A program made the translations under genes and the position numbers. The notes under the pieces were generated by a model that had not been told where the DNA came from, searched no databases, and was given only the letters and a program-made list of their open reading frames with translations. Shown one piece after another: positions 25,697-33,950 of a stretch of 44,072 bases of DNA; positions within the stretch are counted from its first letter, which is position 1; each line of letters begins with the position of its first letter. Source of the DNA: an uncultured Verrucomicrobiota bacterium (GTDB lineage Bacteria > Verrucomicrobiota > Kiritimatiellia > JAAZAB01); the NCBI GenBank assembly GCA_964418925.1, contig CAYQNY010000002.1:1-44072 (forward strand), given 5' to 3'.

Positions 25697-26560
25697 TTAA
25701 GCCAGTGTCGAACCGCGCCAGTGAAGTTTCTGGCGCAGGACGGCAAAGTAGCTGTAATGCGGCAGATGAATGAACCGCGCCTGGCGCGCACTGCGGCGGA
25801 CTTCAATCCGATCGCCGGGGCGCAGCGGCTCGCCGACCTGCCCATCCACTGACAATAATAAGTCCCCCGCACTTTTGGCGACCACGACGGTAATACGTTT
25901 CCCGTCCGGGATCACCAACGGCCGCGTACTCAGGGTATGCGGACAAATCAGGTTGACGATCAGCGACCGGCTTTCGGGGAGCAGAATCGGTCCCCCCGCC
26001 GACAGCGAATGGCCCGTGCTACCTGTCGGCGTAGAAATAATCAGGCCGTCGGCCATATAGGAGGAGACTTCCTCGTCGTTCACCAGAAGATTCAGCGTGA
26101 TAATCCGGGATGAGGCGCCGCGGTTAATGACGACGTCATTCAACGCCCGATAGCGGCTGATTATTTTGGACGATCGGCGGACGAGACAATCAGCCAGCGT
26201 TCGCCGGATGGTGGTGAAGCGTCCCCGGACCAGGCAGTCCAGGGCGTGGTCCAGGTCCTGCTGGGCAACGCTGGTCAGGAATCCCAGACTGCCCAGGTTG
26301 ACGCCCAGGACGGGAATGTCCCGGCCCTGCAGGAGACGGATCGCGCTTAACATCGTACCGTCACCGCCGAGAACCAGCAAAAAATCAATACGCCGGATCA
26401 GTTCCTTCGGTGTCACGCTTGCCGCGCGCGGCAGGAAAGACACCGCGGGTTCCGTGACCATCAGGCGCAGGCCATGCTTGCCGGTCCTGTCATTCAGATG
26501 CCGCAGAATCCGGGGCGCCGAGGGTTTGTTGCAGTTGGCGAATATGCCAATGGTCTTCAT
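25697..26560 (-). CDS. nadK: NAD+ kinase
   Basis: 'LVLGGDGTML', 'PVLGVNLGSLGFLT' and 'ALNDVVI' motifs. 287 aa. Confidence 0.9.
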   Translation of the reverse strand: MKTIGIFANCNKPSAPRILRHLNDRTGKHGLRLMVTEPAVSFLPRAASVTPKELIRRIDFLLVLGGDGTMLSAIRLLQGRDIPVLGVNLGSLGFLTSVAQQDLDHALDCLVRGRFTTIRRTLADCLVRRSSKIISRYRALNDVVINRGASSRIITLNLLVNDEEVSSYMADGLIISTPTGSTGHSLSAGGPILLPESRSLIVNLICPHTLSTRPLVIPDGKRITVVVAKSAGDLLLSVDGQVGEPLRPGDRIEVRRSARQARFIHLPHYSYFAVLRQKLHWRGSTLA

Positions 26561-27309
26561 GATACTTCCCAGTATGCCAGGTATTCCACATTACCGGCCG
26601 GACCCTTCAGCGGGGATTCGCAGATGCCCAGCCATTTCAGGTCTAGTTCGTTTTCCCCGCAGCGGCGGATACGTTCAACCGCTCTCTGCCGCGCCTCGGG
26701 ATCGCGCACCACGCCGCCCCGACAGACTTCCCGGCGCTCAGCCTCAAATTGCGGCTTGATCAGCGTGAGCATGCAAGCCCCGGAATGCAGGATATCTTTA
26801 ACCGCGGGCATGACCTTTGTCAAAGAGATAAACGCCACGTCCATCACGGCAAACTCCACCGGCTCCGGGATATCTTCAGGACGCAGATAGCGGGCATTGA
26901 CCTTATCCATGATCACAACGCGGGAATCGTTGCGGAGTTTCCAATGCAATTGGCCGGTACCCACGTCAACGGCATAGACCCTGGCGGCGCCGTGCTGCAG
27001 GAGACAATCCGTGAACCCGCCGGTGGAGGCGCCCACGTCAAGGCAGACCAGTCCGCTGACATCCGGGTGGAAGACCTGCAAGGCATGTTCCAGTTTTTCA
27101 CCGCCGCGGCCGACAAACCGCGCTCCGGCCTTGACGGTTACCTCGGCATCCGGCGGTATACGCCGCCCGGGTTTGTCGGCAATCCGGCCGTTGACACGCA
27201 CCCTGCCGGCCAGAATCAGGCCTTGTGCCTTTTCCCGGCTTTCCGCCTGGGCATGCGCGACCAGAAGCTGATCCAGCCGTTGAGAGGTTGAGGCCATGGG
27301 ATGTGTCAA
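26557..27309 (-). CDS. tlyA: TlyA-family rRNA (cytidine-2'-O)-methyltransferase
   Basis: S4-like N-terminus 'RLDQLLV..RVRVNG'. 'FVGRGGEKLEHAL'. FtsJ-type 'CLDVGASTGGFTDCLLQHGAARVYAVDVG'. 4-nt overlap with nadK. Confidence 0.88.
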   Translation of the reverse strand: MTHPMASTSQRLDQLLVAHAQAESREKAQGLILAGRVRVNGRIADKPGRRIPPDAEVTVKAGARFVGRGGEKLEHALQVFHPDVSGLVCLDVGASTGGFTDCLLQHGAARVYAVDVGTGQLHWKLRNDSRVVIMDKVNARYLRPEDIPEPVEFAVMDVAFISLTKVMPAVKDILHSGACMLTLIKPQFEAERREVCRGGVVRDPEARQRAVERIRRCGENELDLKWLGICESPLKGPAGNVEYLAYWEVS

Positions 27310-27479
27310 TCCGGTCTTCTACAGTTATTAGCCTAAGATTAGCGTATTTTTGCGCCAAGACGAGCATTTTGATCGAGCAATCGAAAACAATAGACCTATA
27401 GCACGGAGGGACAAAATCAAAAAAGTTGTTGATATTATAATCGCATAATATAATATACCTTCGTTTTATAAGCAATACT

Positions 27480-28280
27480 ATGAAAACAGCTAATTCCAAG
27501 ATACGCGTCCAATGCCTGGATAGAACCATGGACATCCTGGAGATATTGGCCCGGAAAACCGAGATGGGGGTCACGGAAATTGCGCATGCATTGGGCTTAC
27601 ATGTGGCCACAATTCATAATATCCTCATGACGCTGGCCTCGCGTCACTACCTGTTGAACGTGAACGGGCGCTATCGCCTGGGGCCTGGCCTGGCTTTTCT
27701 GGCGTCCAGTTGGAATCCGGTGCTTGCATTGCCGTCTCTGGCACAGCCCAAACTGGAAGACATAACCCGCCGCACCCGGGATGCGACCGTGGCTACCGCG
27801 CTCATGGGAAACCGGGCAGTCATCTTAGCGAAAACTACGGGATTGGACGATGTTACCGTCCAGTGTCCACAACAGATATGGCCGTTTCCAATGCAATTGG
27901 CTACCGGTCGTTTATTGGTAGCCTTCCTTCCGGAAACACATTGGGCAATATATATTAATCTACATATCAAAAAAAATCCGGACAGCGGGGAGGAAAGCAA
28001 ATGGATTGAGAAGCACTGGCAGGATGAATTGCGCCACATCCGCAAGCAGGGTATTTGTATCCTGCGACGGGCTGGTACTCAGGCAGTGGCTATAGGGGTG
28101 CCGATATACGGGCCGGGTGGCAATGTGCTGGCCGCGCTGGGTGTTTCATGTCCCCAATTCCGTTCAACAAGTACTCATCATTTGAGCATGCAGACGGCTG
28201 TCACGGATATGGCTCGTCAACTTTCGGAGGAACTTGGTTATCAGCGGCCTGCATCCAAACGTAACACGACTCGGAAGTAA
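27480..28280 (+). CDS. IclR-family transcriptional regulator
   Basis: N-terminal wHTH 'LDRTMDILEILA....GVTEIAHALGLHVATIHNILMTL'. C-terminal effector domain of typical size. 266 aa. Confidence 0.82.
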   Translation: MKTANSKIRVQCLDRTMDILEILARKTEMGVTEIAHALGLHVATIHNILMTLASRHYLLNVNGRYRLGPGLAFLASSWNPVLALPSLAQPKLEDITRRTRDATVATALMGNRAVILAKTTGLDDVTVQCPQQIWPFPMQLATGRLLVAFLPETHWAIYINLHIKKNPDSGEESKWIEKHWQDELRHIRKQGICILRRAGTQAVAIGVPIYGPGGNVLAALGVSCPQFRSTSTHHLSMQTAVTDMARQLSEELGYQRPASKRNTTRK

Positions 28281-28292
28281 TATAACGGGCAA

Positions 28293-28423
28293 TAGACTTC
28301 TGCGAAATGGTCTAAAACCACGCCCACTCAGTGAGTGGGCCTACAAAAAACAAGGAATTTGTAGGCCGCGTGACCACGCCGGATGCGTGGCAAGCTCCAC
28401 GCGGCGCATTTCGCAGAACTCTA
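28293..28423. mobile_element. 131-bp MITE-like element, copy 1 (17-bp terminal inverted repeats, cloverleaf-like internal hairpins)
   Basis: Left end 'tagacttctgcgaaatg' (28293..28309) pairs with right end 'catttcgcagaactcta' (28407..28423), 16/17. Internal hairpins lie at 28322..28340, 28340..28365 and 28366..28404. About 96% identical to 43236..43366. Flanked by 'aacgggcaa'/'aacgggcca'. Confidence 0.7.
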
Positions 28424-28448
28424 AACGGGCCAGCAAAAGGAGATATGG

Positions 28449-28870
28449 ATGTTGTCAGCAGAACAAGTCAAAAAATATGCGCGGATAAGCGGCGCGGATA
28501 TGGTTGGGATTGCCTCCCTGGACCGGTTTGAGGGAGTGCCAAAGGAAATGGATCCCCGGCAGATTTTTCCGGACGCCCAGGCGGTGATTGTTTTAGCCAG
28601 CCGTATCCGCCGCGGACAATTTCGCGCAATGGAGGAGGGCTCTCTCTGGCAGACCCCCCCAGGTGGCTTACGGATTTTGATAAAATCGTGCGTTATATTG
28701 AAAGTCAGGGCTACGAGTGCGTACCTTATGCGCCGCTCGACGCGCTCCGCATGCCCCGGCGTCCGGTACGCGCCGGACTCTGCGCGCCCAACGCCGTTCG
28801 GCTTTCGCTTGAGTTCGCCGCCATGTCCGCGGGCCTTGGTGAAATCGGGTATCAGGGCATTATTTTATGA
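28449..28870 (+). pseudogene. frameshifted and 3'-truncated remnant of an Fe-S oxidoreductase-like gene (QueG/reductive-dehalogenase-type N-terminal region)
   Basis: Frame A reads 'LSAEQVKKYARISGADMVGIASLDRFEGVPKEMDPRQIFPDAQAVIVLASR...EEGSLWQTP'. It continues in another frame as '..WLTDFDKIVRYIESQGYECVPYAP...AAMSAGLGEIGYQGIIL*'. The switch occurs at a C7 run (28654..28660). The ORF ends where dxs ends, before any Cys-cluster region. Confidence 0.5.
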
Positions 28871-30725
28871 CGTCACCAATTCGTTCGGCAATAGCCGTTG
28901 CGGTCAATCCGCAACGTTCGCACAGGACATCGAACGCGCCCTGGGGAATGAATTGATCGGGCCAGCCGAACCGCAGAAATGTTCCCGGGAAATGGAGGTC
29001 TGCCAGGACTTCACCGACGGCGGATCCGAATCCGCCGGCGATCATCCCGTTTTCAATGGTGACAATAATCCGGGCTACGGCGGCGTGGGTCTGCAAAAGT
29101 TCCTTATCCAGGGGAGTAATGAACCTTGGATTGATGATGCCCGCCTTCAGCCCGGCCGCCTCCAGCCGGTCGGCAATATCTTGGGCCAGGGGAATCATGT
29201 CGCCCAGCGCCCAGATCTGAATTTCCCGGCCGGTGCGGAGAACCTCGGCATGGCCGCAAGGCAATAACGTGAACGTTTCCGGCAGGGGAACGCCCGGGCC
29301 ACAGCCACGCGGGTAGCGAATCATGACCGGCCGGTTCCATTGAGTCGCCGAATAGATCATATTGGCCAGTTCAGCCTCGTCTTTCGGTTGGAGCATGACC
29401 AGATGGGGCACAGTCCGGAACAGGGCGATATCAAATACCCCGTGATGCGTGGGCCCGTCATCGCCAACTACACCGGCCCGGTCGATACAGAAAATTACCG
29501 GCAGCCGTTGCAGACAGACATCGTGAATCACGTAATCTACAACGCGCTGAGCGAAGGTGGAGTACATGGCCACAACCGGCAATAATCGTGCGGAAGCCAA
29601 TCCGGCGGCAAAGATGACCGCGTGTTCCTCGGCAATGCCAACGTCAAAGAACCGGGCCGGGAACTCCCGGGAAAATTCAGATAGCCCGGTTCCCGCGGCC
29701 ATGGCCGCGGTGATGGCAACGATGCGGTCGTTCGCCCGGGCCAAGCGCTGCAAAGTGCCGCTAAACACAGCGGAATACTTAAGAGTTTTTACGGTGGCCA
29801 GGGGCCGGCCGGTTTCATATTCGAACGCGCCGGTGCCGTGCCATACTTCCGGCTCTTCTTCGGCAAACGGATACCCTTTGCCTTTCTGGGTGGATACGTG
29901 CAACAGAATCGGCTCGTCCGCGCGTCGGGCAATTTCAAGGGCTGCAATCAGCGTGTGCATGTTATGGCCGTCAATTGGACCAATATACCGCAGTCCGAAT
30001 TCCTCAAAAAACACGCTGCGCAGGAACAGACTTTTAACCGCTTCCTCTATCCGGAAATAAATGTTCCGCAGCCAGGTCAACCGCAAACGGTCCTTGGCGA
30101 ACCGTTCCACGGAACTTTTCCACCGGTTATACCGGGGATGCGCCAGCAGTTCTCCCAGAGTGCGGGCCACGGAGCCTACGTTGGCGGCAATGGACATTTC
30201 ATTGTCGTTCAAAATCACAATGAGACGGCGGGTGGTGAAAGCCAGGTTATTCAGGGCCTCGAACGAACTGCCGCACCCCAGGGCGCCATCGCCCACGACG
30301 GCGACAATATGCTCATCCCCTTGCCGGCGGTCGCGCGCCACGGCCATGCCGAGCGCCGCGGAAAGCGCTGTGCCGGCATGCCCGGCGCCGAACGCGTCAT
30401 AAGGACTTTCAGATCTCAGCAGAAATCCCGAAATGCCGTTGGTTTGTCGCAGGGTATGAAAAACCGACCGGCGGTTGGTTAGAATCTTATAGGTGTAGGT
30501 CTGATGGCTGACATCCCAGATCAGCTTGTCGGCCGGCGGCGCGAACACTTTGAGCAGGGCGATGGTAAGTTCGACCGTGCCCAGGTTGGCCGCCAGATGA
30601 CCGCCCGTCATGCTGGTGGTCTTGATGATCAGGGCGCGACACTCTTCTGCCAGACGGGTCATCTCGTCCAGCGTCAGAACTTTTACATCGCCGGGGCCGT
30701 TGATGTTGTCCAGGATTGTTGTCAT
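28860..30725 (-). CDS. dxs: 1-deoxy-D-xylulose-5-phosphate synthase
   Basis: 621 aa. Motifs: 'GGHLAANLGTVELT', 'WDVSHQTY', 'VVGDGALGCG', 'NDNEMSI', 'DVGIAEEHAV', 'DRAGVVGDDGPTHHG'. Confidence 0.95.
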   Translation of the reverse strand: MTTILDNINGPGDVKVLTLDEMTRLAEECRALIIKTTSMTGGHLAANLGTVELTIALLKVFAPPADKLIWDVSHQTYTYKILTNRRSVFHTLRQTNGISGFLLRSESPYDAFGAGHAGTALSAALGMAVARDRRQGDEHIVAVVGDGALGCGSSFEALNNLAFTTRRLIVILNDNEMSIAANVGSVARTLGELLAHPRYNRWKSSVERFAKDRLRLTWLRNIYFRIEEAVKSLFLRSVFFEEFGLRYIGPIDGHNMHTLIAALEIARRADEPILLHVSTQKGKGYPFAEEEPEVWHGTGAFEYETGRPLATVKTLKYSAVFSGTLQRLARANDRIVAITAAMAAGTGLSEFSREFPARFFDVGIAEEHAVIFAAGLASARLLPVVAMYSTFAQRVVDYVIHDVCLQRLPVIFCIDRAGVVGDDGPTHHGVFDIALFRTVPHLVMLQPKDEAELANMIYSATQWNRPVMIRYPRGCGPGVPLPETFTLLPCGHAEVLRTGREIQIWALGDMIPLAQDIADRLEAAGLKAGIINPRFITPLDKELLQTHAAVARIIVTIENGMIAGGFGSAVGEVLADLHFPGTFLRFGWPDQFIPQGAFDVLCERCGLTATAIAERIGDVIK

Positions 30726-30830
30726 AAAAATTAAAATATTAGCCGCATGGCCGCGGAGAACACAGACGAAAACATTTTTTCAATGGCACGGACTCTGGAT
30801 CCTCTGTTAATCCGTGGCCCAAGTTTGGCA

Positions 30831-31112
30831 TCAGCTTTTATCCGGTTCCTTGTCTTGCTCCGGAGCATTATCAGCCGGCACCTGGAACGGTGCGGAGGTC
30901 GTTGCTCCGTTTTTCTTAACCAGTATCTCGATTTTGTGCTCCACCTCGTTCAATGTTTCCGTGCATAACTTGACGAGCGTCATGCCCTCTTCAAAATGCT
31001 TCATCATTTTATCGAGACTCAGAGTGTCACTTTCCATTGCCTGCACGATCGTTTCCAGACGTTCCAGCGCTTTTTCAAAGTTTGGTCGTTTTTCCGTGGT
31101 TTTCATGGTCAC
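30831..31112 (-). CDS. xseB: exodeoxyribonuclease VII small subunit
   Basis: 'NFEKALERLETIVQAMESDTLSLDKMMKHFEEGMTLVKLCTETLNEVEHKI' is the XseB coiled-coil signature. An acidic or low-complexity tail follows. Confidence 0.85.
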   Translation of the reverse strand: MTMKTTEKRPNFEKALERLETIVQAMESDTLSLDKMMKHFEEGMTLVKLCTETLNEVEHKIEILVKKNGATTSAPFQVPADNAPEQDKEPDKS

Positions 31113-31223
31113 TCCATAACAATAGCATTACGCGCGCTTAATGTTGCTTCGGGCTATACGGTAGCATCACAGCGAAACAATAACACGATTATTCGCGCCC
31201 CGCGGCCGGTCTATCCGCCTATC

Positions 31224-32516
31224 TTACCATTGAATCACGTAAAAAATATCCCGGCTGATGACGCGCGCTTCCTTTTGCGTCAGCCAACGTTCGACGAAAT
31301 CCGGACCCCATGAATCAGAAATGGCGATTTCCTTCGTATCCGGGTTGTAGCCGATAATCATACACATGTGCCCCCGTGTTTTATCGGGCCGCAGCCGGCC
31401 AGCCTTGTGTTCCCAGGTTTTGACTTGCTCCTTCCAGTTATCCCCGGTTGCGGCCTGACGAGTCCGGGCGCGTTCCGTCAATTCCTGGTGATAAAACTCC
31501 TGGTCAGCGAGGATGCACCACATAACCGGAATCCCTTTGTTTATCCATTTGGCGACATTCCGGGTATTGAACGGTCGAGTAAACGCTTTGATGTTGCGAT
31601 GATATTTGTGCGCCAGTTGCGACACGCCGGCCGCCATAGCGCTCGCCTGGGTGCCGCCGCCCGCCTGGGTTTCGCCGGCCAGCGCCAGCACGTACATATC
31701 CGCCGGAATACCGACATATCGCAAATATCGCTCCCATGTGGCCGGGACGCAATAACCTTTATTGCCCTGCCACACCATTGGAATATCGGTGATGATCACA
31801 TCGCCGTTAGCACGCGTACTAACTCGTTTCGCCAGGATCTGACGAAAATCCTTGTCATTCACACGTTGCCTCATGCCGTCCACATCAGCTAGTTCCACCG
31901 GGATGATCTGAATCCGAATATACTCGCCCCGCGGGGCGGACAACAGGATCGCATGACTGTTCCAATCCCAACGGTTTACTTGCTCTTTGGTTTTTGCCCC
32001 ACGGCCAATTTGATCTTGCGCCGCTTTACCCAGAGCCTGCTGTAATCGGGACTTAATGACGGCAGTATCATTCTTTATCGCCTTGGCATAATTCTTCAGC
32101 GACTGCCGGGCCGCCTTGATGCTTTGTTTATCCTTTGTATTTGTCCCGATCTGCTGAATGGAGTCCCCTTTATTGGCAAAAACCAGTGATAATCCCGACA
32201 CCTTGTCCGGATCGGCATACAGTGCAATGGAAAACGGCCGGGCTTCCAGAACGCGGTAGTCCGCGTCGGGATAATACCGATAGCTGGCTTCGTAGGAGGT
32301 CCGAGACTCTTCCGGCCAGCGCAACCGTTGGGCTGTTTCGTGCGCGTCGTCATCCCAGAGAGCTTCGTCCTGCCAGAGTTCCAAGCCCAACAGGGCATTC
32401 ATTTCCCGGTATGTTGCCGGCGACGGAATGTCTTGTGTCTTTGTGGGTGCTTGCGCCGGCATTGTGCCAGCCAGCAGTATGCCGCCTATCCCTGTCAGCA
32501 TAAGGCGTATGAACAT
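31224..32516 (-). CDS. secreted protein with C-terminal papain-like (C39-like) cysteine-peptidase-type motifs; function unknown
   Basis: Signal peptide 'MFIRLMLTGIGGILLAGTMPAQA'. The C-terminal region has 'QGNKGYCVPATWERYLRY' (candidate Gln/Cys) and 'RGHMCMIIGYN....IAISDSWG' (candidate His/Asp). Confidence 0.4.
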   Translation of the reverse strand: MFIRLMLTGIGGILLAGTMPAQAPTKTQDIPSPATYREMNALLGLELWQDEALWDDDAHETAQRLRWPEESRTSYEASYRYYPDADYRVLEARPFSIALYADPDKVSGLSLVFANKGDSIQQIGTNTKDKQSIKAARQSLKNYAKAIKNDTAVIKSRLQQALGKAAQDQIGRGAKTKEQVNRWDWNSHAILLSAPRGEYIRIQIIPVELADVDGMRQRVNDKDFRQILAKRVSTRANGDVIITDIPMVWQGNKGYCVPATWERYLRYVGIPADMYVLALAGETQAGGGTQASAMAAGVSQLAHKYHRNIKAFTRPFNTRNVAKWINKGIPVMWCILADQEFYHQELTERARTRQAATGDNWKEQVKTWEHKAGRLRPDKTRGHMCMIIGYNPDTKEIAISDSWGPDFVERWLTQKEARVISRDIFYVIQW

Positions 32517-32534
32517 AACATCCTCCCAAGGCGG

Positions 32535-33830
32535 TTATAAAGATGGTTCCGGCTTCCGTGGATGTTTCACCACCATGGACTTTACCGTGCCGCGGGCAAG
32601 ACGGGTCAGCAGGAGGTTGCCTTCGTGCGCGTCGTCCGGCGCGCGAAGAATCCGACCGTCCGGCCCATAAGTAATGCTATACCCTCTGTCCAGAACCGCA
32701 AGCGGGTTTATATTGTTGAGCAGGAGGGTCAGCCGTTTCAGGTCCAGCGCGCGCAGATTCTGCCAGGCCCGCATTTGACGGACAAGTCTCAGATTCAAAT
32801 CGTCCGTCCGTTGCTGGCGTTCGCGCAGGAGCGTGACCAGGTCGCGGCGCATCTGCCGGTCCAGACGATCTATCCGATCCCGGTAACGCTGGGCCAGGCA
32901 GGCGGGTTCTCGAAAGACATGGCTCCGGCTGACCGCCAGGAGCCTGTGTTTCCGGCCAAGAAATTGCTGTTGCAGACTTCTAGTCAACCGGCGCGCGGTT
33001 GCCTCCAGTTGACCGGCGAACTCAGCCTTTTCCCGCACCACCAGCTCAGCGGCCGCCGATGGTGTGGGGGCCCGCAGATCGGCGACGAAATCACTGATCG
33101 TGAAATCAATTTCATGACCCACGGCGGAAATAACCGGAATGGTCGAGCGCGCAATCGCTCGGGCCACGCTTTCTTCGTTGAAGCACCAGAGGTCTTCCAG
33201 ACTGCCGCCGCCCCGTCCGACAATCAGCACATCCAAATCGCCCCGGGCATTCAGATCGTCCAGGGCGGTCGTGATATCCATTGCCGCGCCGGCGCCCTGG
33301 ACCCGCACCGGCGCCAATATGACATGCAGGTTGTAAAAACGCCGTGCCAGAATGTTAAGGATATCACGGAGTGCGGCACCGGTGGGTGAGGTTATGATGC
33401 CAATATAGCGGGGCAGTAGCGGGAGCGTCTTTTTCCGGGCCGGGTCAAACAAACCTTCCGCCGCGAGTTTCTGTTTCAAGGTTTCAAAGGCCGCCTGCAG
33501 GGCGCCTTGCCCGCTCAGTTCCATTTGCCGGACAATGATCTGGTACCGGCCGCTTTTTTCATACACGCTGACCTGGCCGCATACCCGGACCATCATGCCA
33601 TCAGCCGGCTGAAAGCGCAAATCCCGCTGGCTGCCGCGGAACATGACGGCGGCAATCTGCGCGCTTTTATCCTTGAGCGTGAAATAACAATGGCCGGAAA
33701 CCGGCTTGCGGAAATTGGAGAGTTCCCCCTCGATCCAGATATCACCGACCTCATCTTCCAGAATCGTCTTGATAAGGCGCGTAATTTCCGCCACCCGGTA
33801 GATTTTTTGCTGGGGCATTGGAGATGACAT
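32535..33830 (-). CDS. xseA: exodeoxyribonuclease VII large subunit
   Basis: OB-fold N-terminus 'IWIEGELSNFRKPVSGHCYFTLKD'. 'IGIITSPTGAALRDIL', 'GRGGGSLEDLWCFN' and 'ISAVGHEIDFTISDFVAD' are present. ATG at 33830 is preferred; 33863 and 33818 are alternatives. Confidence 0.9.
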   Translation of the reverse strand: MSSPMPQQKIYRVAEITRLIKTILEDEVGDIWIEGELSNFRKPVSGHCYFTLKDKSAQIAAVMFRGSQRDLRFQPADGMMVRVCGQVSVYEKSGRYQIIVRQMELSGQGALQAAFETLKQKLAAEGLFDPARKKTLPLLPRYIGIITSPTGAALRDILNILARRFYNLHVILAPVRVQGAGAAMDITTALDDLNARGDLDVLIVGRGGGSLEDLWCFNEESVARAIARSTIPVISAVGHEIDFTISDFVADLRAPTPSAAAELVVREKAEFAGQLEATARRLTRSLQQQFLGRKHRLLAVSRSHVFREPACLAQRYRDRIDRLDRQMRRDLVTLLRERQQRTDDLNLRLVRQMRAWQNLRALDLKRLTLLLNNINPLAVLDRGYSITYGPDGRILRAPDDAHEGNLLLTRLARGTVKSMVVKHPRKPEPSL

Positions 33831-33950
33831 AATCAACGTTGAACCATCCCGGAACGAAGACACACCACAAGCAATCCTTCACACCATAATATCCATTGCA
33901 TATGCCTTCAACATAAGCATCCTGCAGCTGGAACCGGGCAAGTCACCGCT

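Noticed and set aside
28871-29267. The remainder of the 272-aa ORF 28449..29267.
   Set aside because: Beyond about aa 70 the translation loses all protein-like character and runs antisense to the well-supported dxs gene. Only the first part is real, and it continues in another frame up to 28870.
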